From NCBI GenBank assembly GCA_049680295.1, contig JBAUHN010000355.1:8836-72835 (forward strand): 64,000 nt of DNA, in the 5' to 3' direction. Below the pieces are notes generated by a model. The model worked only from the letters and a program-made list of their open reading frames with translations, had not been told where the DNA came from and ran no database searches. The DNA is from Sulfitobacter sp. GTDB taxonomy: Bacteria; Pseudomonadota; Alphaproteobacteria; Rhodobacterales; Rhodobacteraceae. The translations under genes and the position numbers were made by a program. Every line of letters begins with the position of its first letter. The stretch's first letter is position 1. This document shows, piece by piece, positions 56,901 through 63,800 of this stretch.

Positions 56901-58562
56901 GACCACACCGTCACGCTGATGCTGCACACCTATATCGCCGACAGCCGCGATGCCGCGCGCGACGTCGCCCGCGAGCCGATGAAAAGCTATCTGCGCAGTG
57001 CCGCCGGGCTGATCAAACAATACGCCTGGGCCTTTCCCGCCTTTAAGCGCCCTGAGGGGGCCAAAAACGCCTTTGATCTTGATCTGGGCAGTCTGGAACC
57101 GGACGAGCTGGAAGGCATCCTCGATTTCGCCTTTGAGCGGTATTTCAACGATTCCGGCATGTTTGGGACTGTTTCGGACTGTGTGGAACGGGTCGAAGCG
57201 CTGAAAAAAATCGGCGTTGGCGAAGTCGCCTGCCTGATCGAATATGGCATCGCCACCGACACCGTTCTTGAGGGTCTGCGCCCGCTGGCCGAGGTGTTGC
57301 GCCAGTCCAATCAGGCCACTGAACTGGACGCGGATGATTTCTCCATCGCCGCCCAGATCATCCGCCACAAGGTCACGCATATGCAGTGCACCCCCTCAAT
57401 GGCGCAGATGATCACCATGAACGACGAGGCGCGCAGCGCTTTGGCGCGGGTGCCGCATGTGCTGGTTGGCGGCGAGGCACTGTCGGGTGCGCTGGCCCAG
57501 GAATTGCACCAGATCACCGGCAAGCCGGTCCAGAATATGTATGGTCCCACGGAAACCACGATCTGGTCCACAACCGAACGGACAACAGGCGGCGAGGGTG
57601 TGATCAACATCGGCAAACCCATCGCCAATACCCAGGTCTATGTGCTGGACGAGGACCGCCAGCCCGTGCCCATCGGCACCGCAGCCGAGCTTTATATCGG
57701 CGGCGATGGGGTGACGCGCGGCTATTGGCAGCGCCCTGATTTGACAGACGAAAGATTCGTCGCTGATCCCTTTATAGAGCCTGATATGGCCGCCCCCGGC
57801 GGCGCGCGCATGTACCGCACCGGCGATCTGGTGCGCTGGCGCAGCGATGGGCGGCTTGATTTTCTGGGCCGCATTGACCATCAGGTCAAACTGCGCGGCT
57901 ACCGGATTGAACTGGGCGAAATTGAAGCGGCAATTGACGGCTTTGCAGGCGTGCGCCAATCGGTGGTGATGCCCCGCGAAGACACCCCCGGCCTGACCCA
58001 GCTGGTGGCCTATGTGACCACCACCGCCCCGGTGGCCGAGGCAGCGTTGCGCAAACATATCGGCGCCGGACTGCCTGACTATATGGTACCCGCACGTGTT
58101 GTAACGCTGGACAGCTTTCCGCTGACCCCCAACAAAAAGATCGACCGCAAGGCGCTGCCGGCCCCCATGGCCGTGCAGGCTGCACCCCCCGCGACAGCCA
58201 GCGCCCCGGCCCCGGACGGATCATCGGCCCAGAGGATCGCCGACATCTGGTCACAGATATTGGGCGTCGCCAACATCGGTGCGCGCGATAACTTCTTTGA
58301 TCTGGGCGGGCATTCACTGCTGGCGGTACAGGCCCACCGTGAAATACGCACCACCCTGTCGGTGCCAAAGCTCAGCATCACGGACATTTTCCGCTTTCCA
58401 ACCCTGCAGGCCCTTGCCGCCCAGGTGGATGCGAAATCCGGCGTGTCTGAACCTGCGTCCAAACCCGATGACGCCCCCGCCGTGGCCGAACGGGCCGCAG
58501 CCCGCAGCGATGCCATGTCGCGCCGCAAGGAAATGAGGGCGAAACGTCACGCCCGCTCATGA
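53934..58562 (+). CDS. NRPS starter module: formyltransferase-like domain, C-domain C-lobe remnant, A domain (Gly code) interrupted by a luciferase-like monooxygenase, and T domain
   Basis: F: INFHDGPLPRYAG + GGIDEGDII. A: LSYAALDARAN (A1), LKAGGAYVPLD-type (A2), YLIYTSGSTGKPKG (A3), FDISVLE (A4), then a 360-aa LLM insert, then NMYGPTETT (A5), GELYIGG..GYW (A6), YRTGD (A7), GRIDHQVKLRGYRIELGEIE (A8), LPDYMVP (A9), NKKIDRK (A10). T: FFDLGGHSL. Confidence 0.92.
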   Translation: MSDFNSIVIGNESLVIQCGDMLLQGGHKISALVTRNPDVRAWGEKQGLSVHRPGSDLADRLGDTPCDWLFSIANLDIIPQALLDRAAKGAINFHDGPLPRYAGLNAPAWALINGEAQHGITWHLIEGGIDEGDIIEQRSFDIAPHDTALTMNTKCYVAAIESFGAVISAVADGLPGRRAQDLSQRSYFAKDARPAAAARLDFNTSAKDLVALVRGLDHGDYWNPLSCPKIEANGQIWLIGAASVAEDSPDAAPGTVLASDGDTLTVATGAGAIALTNIRPCTGDADLPQAGDVLSSPSAAEATALDAVLAKTLRAEPYWRKRLETLTPAQAPLMQATDAKGVETRKLNLPAALGADDQAAVLATLVLRLGDDSTIDLAWQDAGTTHNAPKPYVRDWVPLRFETKDSFDAASTALADEIATARSKGGFACDLPARIPGLDAAQMPQVGVTSGREIISGTVLTLATGDAPALIADAAQMPAALLDLIAARLETLGTALAMPDARGQALSALPILPDAERQHILQGLNDTKTAYPADACIHQLFEAQVARTPDAEALVFEGEVLSYAALDARANQVAHVLRDMGVGPGKTVGLHLRRSTELLVGALAIFKAGGAYVPLDPGFPSDRIAYYIEDSAAPVIITQSDLAAGLPAHSAKVLVLESDPRIAAAATDTPDSGVSASDLAYLIYTSGSTGKPKGVMVEHRNVSNFFTGMDAHISHDPAGVWLAVTSLSFDISVLELFWTLARGFKLVLSSDEDRGLISNGGLQVSDTPMDFSLYYWGNDDAVGTEKYKLLLEGAKFADDHGFCAVWTPERHFHAFGGPYPNPSVTGAAVAAVTKNLSVRAGSIVAPLHHPARIAEEWAVIDNLTGGRVGLAMASGWQPDDFVLRPENTPPHNKTALIETIKTVRRLWAGEAVEFPRQDGAMHAVVTQPRPISDKMPMWVTSAGNPATWVEAGELGANVLTHLLGQSVDEVAEKIKIYHKALRSAGHDPADHTVTLMLHTYIADSRDAARDVAREPMKSYLRSAAGLIKQYAWAFPAFKRPEGAKNAFDLDLGSLEPDELEGILDFAFERYFNDSGMFGTVSDCVERVEALKKIGVGEVACLIEYGIATDTVLEGLRPLAEVLRQSNQATELDADDFSIAAQIIRHKVTHMQCTPSMAQMITMNDEARSALARVPHVLVGGEALSGALAQELHQITGKPVQNMYGPTETTIWSTTERTTGGEGVINIGKPIANTQVYVLDEDRQPVPIGTAAELYIGGDGVTRGYWQRPDLTDERFVADPFIEPDMAAPGGARMYRTGDLVRWRSDGRLDFLGRIDHQVKLRGYRIELGEIEAAIDGFAGVRQSVVMPREDTPGLTQLVAYVTTTAPVAEAALRKHIGAGLPDYMVPARVVTLDSFPLTPNKKIDRKALPAPMAVQAAPPATASAPAPDGSSAQRIADIWSQILGVANIGARDNFFDLGGHSLLAVQAHREIRTTLSVPKLSITDIFRFPTLQALAAQVDAKSGVSEPASKPDDAPAVAERAAARSDAMSRRKEMRAKRHARS

Positions 58563-59254
58563 CCCCGGTTCCCGGGTTGGAAGCGGCCCTGCGCAGCCAG
58601 CTGGGCGGTCAGATCTCGGTGGCTTTGGCAGACCCCAAAGCCCCAACCGGCAGATTGTTCCCCGCTGAAGCGGCCGCCATGGCAGCGGCGACGCCAAAAC
58701 GCCTGTCGGAGTTTACCGCCGGACGCGGCGCGGCGCGGCGCGCGCTGGCCGCCATCGGCGTGGACCCTCAGCCCATCCTGCACGCCCCCGACCGTGCACC
58801 GATCTGGCCCGCGGGTGTGACCGGCAGCATCACCCATTGCGACATTTTATGTCTCTCTGCCGTGGCCAGGACCGACACCATCCGCAGCCTTGGCATTGAT
58901 CTGGAACCCGACGCAGACCTGCCCCGCGATCTGGAAGACATCGTCTGTACATCGGCCGAGCGGGGCTGGCTGGACAGCCACCCCGCAGACAGACGCGGGA
59001 CACTGGCCAAGCTGATCTTTTGCGCCAAGGAAAGTGCCTATAAGGCGCAATATCCCCTGACACAGAGCCTGTTTGGCTTTGAGACCTTTGAAATTACCCT
59101 TGATCCGGAGGCGGGGCAATTCACTGCAACCTTCCAAAACCCGGTCGGCGGGTTTGCAGCCGGTGACGTGCTACAGGGGCGGTTTCTGCGGCAACAGGGT
59201 CTGATTTTCACCAGCGTGGTGATCCCACACTCTGACAGCCCGGTGTTCGGCTGA
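58559..59254 (+). CDS. Sfp/EntD-type 4'-phosphopantetheinyl transferase
   Basis: WPAGVTGSITHC, SLGIDLEP and FCAKESAYKA motifs. ATGA overlap with the NRPS stop. Confidence 0.88.
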   Translation: MTPVPGLEAALRSQLGGQISVALADPKAPTGRLFPAEAAAMAAATPKRLSEFTAGRGAARRALAAIGVDPQPILHAPDRAPIWPAGVTGSITHCDILCLSAVARTDTIRSLGIDLEPDADLPRDLEDIVCTSAERGWLDSHPADRRGTLAKLIFCAKESAYKAQYPLTQSLFGFETFEITLDPEAGQFTATFQNPVGGFAAGDVLQGRFLRQQGLIFTSVVIPHSDSPVFG

Positions 59255-59366
59255 CGCAAACGACACAAACCTGCGGCTCAATCTGTTCCAGACGGCCATT
59301 TTAACTGTTTGTTAAGACCTTGAGACCCTGGTGTTGCGCACGAGGTTTCACAGGGTAAATGCAAAC

Positions 59367-60878
59367 ATGCGCGACATAAAAGCAGCGGTTTTTATCATGG
59401 CCTGTCTGTTCCATATTGCCCCTGTGGAACAGGCCCGCGCCCAGGAAGGCGCGCTGGATCTGGAACTCAGCACCACATACGAGCGGTGGACGTTACCCGG
59501 TAACGAAAAGATGGGCATGGCCAATGTCAGGCTGTCGGAATTTTCCGGGGAGTATTTCAATTATGGCATTGAATCCTACACCGCAGTGGCGGGGGAGCGT
59601 GGCGGCTTCATCACAATCGGTGCGCATGCTGGATTGCGCTTTCCCGTCAGCCAGAGACTGTCACTGGACAGTGGGCTTTCTGTGGGGGCCGGGGGCGGGC
59701 GTGGAGGGTATTTCCTAAGTGGCGGCGGCCTGATGCTGCGTGGGCACGCAGGTCTGAAATACGCGGCTCCCATCGGGCAGTTGGGTCTGGGTGTCAGCTA
59801 TGTAAGCTTTCCTGAAAATGGGGATATAGACAGTGCGCAAGCCTATATTTCCTATTCTCTGCCCTTCTCGGTGGCGGGCAGACCTGGCCTGAATTTCGGC
59901 ACCGCTGCGCAGGCTGGCAATGCAATTCCGCGCAGAAAAGATTCCAAAACACATCAGTTTTCACTGGTGACGCGGTCGGTGATGGCCAACAGACAGGTTC
60001 TGAAAGACGCCAGCGCAACGGTCTTTCAGGAAGATTTCAAAATGCTGGGGGTCAGGTGGCGGACGCATTTGACTGACACATGGATCGCCCAGTTTGAAAC
60101 AGTCGGAGGCGGCGGAGGCAACAGCGCGGGGTACATGCATCTTCTGGCCGGGTTGGGTGCGCGGCAATCCATCACCAGAAACCTGTCGGTCTATGAAACC
60201 CTGTCCATCGGGGGCGGTGGCGGCGGCGGCGTGCCCACGGGGGGCGGGTTTTTGGTAGATGCCGCCATCGGCGTTCAGTATCTGTTTCCCAATTCTGCCT
60301 TTATCGATGTGTCCGCGTCCAAATTTCTTGCGCCTTCAACAGCGTTTTCAAACACCACTTTAAATCTGAACTTTGGCTACCAGTTGGGCACAGCCAGACC
60401 CGCGGATACGGGCAGTGTGGACAGGCGCCTTGCCTATCCGGTCAGAATTCGGACCGTCCAGCAGAACTATAAAGGCACACATCCAAACTGGCGAAACCGG
60501 CCCGCGCAGCCCGTCGATAACCTTGGGTTTCAGATTGACTATTTTATGTCTCCCAACATGTTTCTCACCGGGCAGGCCATTGGCGCATGGGGCGGAGACG
60601 CCGGGGCCTATATGACGGGTCTGGTCGGCGCAGGTGTGCATAAAGATTTGATCGGCAACCTTTTTGTCGAAGCAGAGGGTCTTGTTGGTGTTGCAGGCGG
60701 CGGCGGTCTGACCGTCGGTAGCGGCGCCGTGGGACAAGTGAATTTGGGTCTTGGATATCAATTTACACCCCGTTTAAGTGCGATGGTCAGCACCGGAAAA
60801 ATCAAATCTTTTGACGGGGACTTTGAAGCAGATGTTCTGGGTGTCTCGCTCAACTACGATTTCACCCTGTTCTTTTAA
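59367..60878 (+). CDS. Predicted outer-membrane beta-barrel protein with three internal repeats and poly-Gly tracts
   Basis: Signal peptide ..APVEQARA/QEG, alternating-hydrophobic strands, terminal ..LNYDFTLFF (C-terminal Phe beta-signal), and Gly runs GAGGGRGG, GGGGG, GGGGGGG, AGGGG. Confidence 0.65.
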   Translation: MRDIKAAVFIMACLFHIAPVEQARAQEGALDLELSTTYERWTLPGNEKMGMANVRLSEFSGEYFNYGIESYTAVAGERGGFITIGAHAGLRFPVSQRLSLDSGLSVGAGGGRGGYFLSGGGLMLRGHAGLKYAAPIGQLGLGVSYVSFPENGDIDSAQAYISYSLPFSVAGRPGLNFGTAAQAGNAIPRRKDSKTHQFSLVTRSVMANRQVLKDASATVFQEDFKMLGVRWRTHLTDTWIAQFETVGGGGGNSAGYMHLLAGLGARQSITRNLSVYETLSIGGGGGGGVPTGGGFLVDAAIGVQYLFPNSAFIDVSASKFLAPSTAFSNTTLNLNFGYQLGTARPADTGSVDRRLAYPVRIRTVQQNYKGTHPNWRNRPAQPVDNLGFQIDYFMSPNMFLTGQAIGAWGGDAGAYMTGLVGAGVHKDLIGNLFVEAEGLVGVAGGGGLTVGSGAVGQVNLGLGYQFTPRLSAMVSTGKIKSFDGDFEADVLGVSLNYDFTLFF

Positions 60879-60935
60879 ATGTAAGAATTGGCGCGTCTGG
60901 GGTTCGCCCCTCCGAACAGCAGGCAAAACCAAAGG

Positions 60936-62117
60936 TCAGCCTTGCCTGAGTGTTGCGGCCAGATGATCCATGCGGCGCCCGAACTCTGTTTGGAAATCGC
61001 GCGCCTGCGCAAAGGCCACCGATGCCGTGCAGGCCGCGACGATCTGGTCGCGATCCGCATTCAGCGTGGCGATGGTGTCGGCCAAAGCCCCCACATCCCC
61101 CAGTGGCACCGCCCAGCCCGCCTGTGCCTGCGCCTGCACCGCAGACCACATCTGATTGGCATAGCCGACAATGGCCAGCCCGCAGCCCATGCTTTCCAGA
61201 TAGGTGCACGACGGGTCCGACTGGCGATGACAACTCAGAAAGATATCCGCGCAGGTCCGGCTAACCGGCACCAAGACGTCCTCGAAATCCACCGGATCAT
61301 GCAGAGTCACGTGATCGCCCAGATTTTTGCTGTTGATCTGATCTGCGATCTCGTCGCGCAGGCTGCCCGCGCCGTAGATATCCAGCTGAAAGTTGATGCC
61401 CTTCCCCTGCAGGCGCTGTGCAACCGGGATCAGGTCCTGCGCGCCTTTCATCGGTTCCAGCCGGCCTGAATGGATCAGCCGCAGCGGGGAACCTGATTGC
61501 AAATGCGCCGCGCGGCGCTGCATTTCATCATCCGTGACAAACAAATCCGGCTTCATCCGGTTGTCGAGATACATCATCGTATTGGCGTTTAGCCCTTTGT
61601 AGGCTCTGTATGCGGGGTAGCCATTGACCTGAACGCCCTGGGCGTGCCGAAAGGCGCGGCGGCGGCGGATTTCATGCCATGTGTTCCAGCCCATCGAATA
61701 GATCCGGCGCGCAAGGCTTTTGTCTTTGCTCAGCCATGCGATCTGCAATCGGGCCTGCAAGGTATATTCAATCGTATAGACAACCTTTGCCCCGACCTGC
61801 GCGCCAAGGGCTGCGATGTGCAGACCTTCATGGTCATCGGCGGCACAAAACACCACATCATAGCCTTGCAGCATGTCGCGGGTCACGGGCTGCCCCGGAT
61901 CCAGCACTGTCAGGCCAAATTCCAGATCCGCAGGGTTTTGCGTGGTCTGAAACGGGATATGGGTCGCCCCGCCGTGCAGAATGCAATCCACCTTGCCCTC
62001 CCACAGGGCGCAATGCTGGCGCATGCCCTCGACAAACTTGGCGTCCAGAATCAGGGCGTCCCCCGCAGGCATGACCGGAGCGGTGGCAATCATCAACAGG
62101 TGGGGCATTTTATTCAT
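60936..62117 (-). CDS. Glycosyltransferase family 4 (GT-B)
   Basis: RLIHSGRLEPMKG..DIYGAGSLRDEI..LSCHRQSDPSCTYLESMGCGLAIVGY GT1/GT4 C-terminal domain. Confidence 0.8.
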   Translation of the reverse strand: MNKMPHLLMIATAPVMPAGDALILDAKFVEGMRQHCALWEGKVDCILHGGATHIPFQTTQNPADLEFGLTVLDPGQPVTRDMLQGYDVVFCAADDHEGLHIAALGAQVGAKVVYTIEYTLQARLQIAWLSKDKSLARRIYSMGWNTWHEIRRRRAFRHAQGVQVNGYPAYRAYKGLNANTMMYLDNRMKPDLFVTDDEMQRRAAHLQSGSPLRLIHSGRLEPMKGAQDLIPVAQRLQGKGINFQLDIYGAGSLRDEIADQINSKNLGDHVTLHDPVDFEDVLVPVSRTCADIFLSCHRQSDPSCTYLESMGCGLAIVGYANQMWSAVQAQAQAGWAVPLGDVGALADTIATLNADRDQIVAACTASVAFAQARDFQTEFGRRMDHLAATLRQG

Positions 62118-62231
62118 CTTTGGTAATATTCAGTGTCGAGAGTAGAATTGAGTGCGCTATATTGAAACCTAATAACGTTTTTTATATGCCCTTGGGGCGT
62201 TTTTTTCAGACCGTTACAAAAGGACAAAACA

Positions 62232-63164
62232 TTGCTGAGACGTCTCAAACGCCATAGCCCCGCTTTTCTTTTATTGCTGCTTGCCGCCTGTGGCAGCCTG
62301 ACCCGCTGTAGCGGGCCCAAACCACTGGATCAGGCCGCGTTTGACGCGCTTTATGCGACCCCGCAGGCCGTTGGCGCTGGTCCGCAAAAAACCTACCACA
62401 TTGGCCATAGTCTGGTCGGGCGTGACATGCCGGCAATGCTGGCGCAATTGGCCGGAGACGGGCATGGCTATGACAGCCAGCTTGGCTGGGGCAGTCCGCT
62501 GAAAGCGCATTGGGACCCGGATGAGGAAATCAACGGCTTTGACGTTGAAAACAACCACCCGCGTTACCGCGACGCAATGGAGGCGGTGACATCGGGGGAG
62601 TACGACGCGCTGGTGCTGACCGAAATGGTCGAAATCCGCGACGCGATCAAATATTTCAACTCAGGCGATTACCTGCACCGCTGGGCGCAGGCCGGATGGG
62701 GGGCAAACCCCGAAATGCGGGTCTATTTATACGAAACCTGGCATCCGCTGGACGATCCCGAGGGCTGGCTGGAGCGCATAGACAGCGATCTGGCCCGCTA
62801 TTGGGAGGGCGACATCCTGCGCCGCGCGCTGGCCTATGATGACATGCCGCATCCGGTCTATGTGATCCCGGCCGGACAGGTGCTGGCCGCTTTTGTCCGC
62901 GCGATTGAGGCGACCCCCGTCGATGGCCTGTCTGCGCGGGCCGATCTTTTCAGCGATGACATCCACATCAACGATCTGGGGGCCTATCTGGTGGCGCTGA
63001 CGCATTATGCGGTGCTTTATCAGAAATCCCCCGTTGGGTTGCCTCATGCGCTCAACCGTGCCGACGGAACCCCGGCCACAGCCCCCGGTGAAGGCACCGC
63101 ACGATTGATGCAGGAAACGGTCTGGCGCGTGGTGCAGGCCTATCCGCCCGCAGGGCTGCCCTAG
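62232..63164 (+). CDS. Lipoprotein, SGNH-like hydrolase candidate (paralog 2)
   Basis: TTG start, lipobox LLLAAC, YHIGHSLVG, YDALVLTE, DDIHINDLGAYLVALTHYAVLY. Paralog of 45235-46203. Confidence 0.7.
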   Translation: MLRRLKRHSPAFLLLLLAACGSLTRCSGPKPLDQAAFDALYATPQAVGAGPQKTYHIGHSLVGRDMPAMLAQLAGDGHGYDSQLGWGSPLKAHWDPDEEINGFDVENNHPRYRDAMEAVTSGEYDALVLTEMVEIRDAIKYFNSGDYLHRWAQAGWGANPEMRVYLYETWHPLDDPEGWLERIDSDLARYWEGDILRRALAYDDMPHPVYVIPAGQVLAAFVRAIEATPVDGLSARADLFSDDIHINDLGAYLVALTHYAVLYQKSPVGLPHALNRADGTPATAPGEGTARLMQETVWRVVQAYPPAGLP

Positions 63165-63333
63165 GGGTCAGGCGTGCGCCGCCGCGAGACCAATCAAAAT
63201 TCAACCCACGCGGGATAAAGCCGGGCAAAAAAGCAGGTTCCCGCCGATACGCCCGCCGATCCTGCCAAGTCTCTGGACTTGTCAGACCCCGCATAGGACA
63301 CAAGCTGTGGGCTATTTATCTTTCGGGAATACA

Positions 63334-63612
63334 ATGGGTGACTTAGAGACCAAGCTCCGGCAGGCCGGAGAAGAACTCCGTGCGATCCGGGGTCATGTGA
63401 ACATATTGAAATCAATCGCCCCCAAACGGGCAGAGGAAAAAGCCGCGCCTTTGACCTTTCGGTCCGTGCGACACGACACCCAAAGCCCCAAACGGCCCAC
63501 ATTGTCTGTGCTCAGCAATGAGCGGCTGGATATGCTGAAAAACCAGTTCACCAAACTGGCCGATCTGGATCAGTTCGTGTTTTCCTACAAACGCGAAAGC
63601 AAAGCCGGCTAG
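63334..63612 (+). CDS. Hypothetical small protein
   Basis: 92 aa ORF with GC-rich third positions and a coiled-coil-like N-terminus. No motif recognised. Confidence 0.35.
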   Translation: MGDLETKLRQAGEELRAIRGHVNILKSIAPKRAEEKAAPLTFRSVRHDTQSPKRPTLSVLSNERLDMLKNQFTKLADLDQFVFSYKRESKAG

Positions 63613-63800
63613 CCAAGGCACGGCCCGGCGATGCAAAGCCGCTGCAAACACGCTCTCGGGAGAGGGCGGTGTCGGCATATGAATGACCGCTCCGCCCCCG
63701 ACTTACGGGTGTTGCAGGCCTGCCAACTGTCTGCCAGTTTTCTTGTACTTTAGCAGTCGGGCAAACCTGATCCGGCGATGAAATTAACGGGGGCCACCAA

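Noticed and set aside
59367-60878. The glycine-rich protein next to the secretion genes was considered as an RTX-type substrate of the type I secretion system.
   Set aside because: It has no GGxGxD nonapeptide repeats and no acidic C-terminal secretion signal. It has a Sec signal peptide and a C-terminal Phe beta-signal, which fits an outer-membrane barrel instead.
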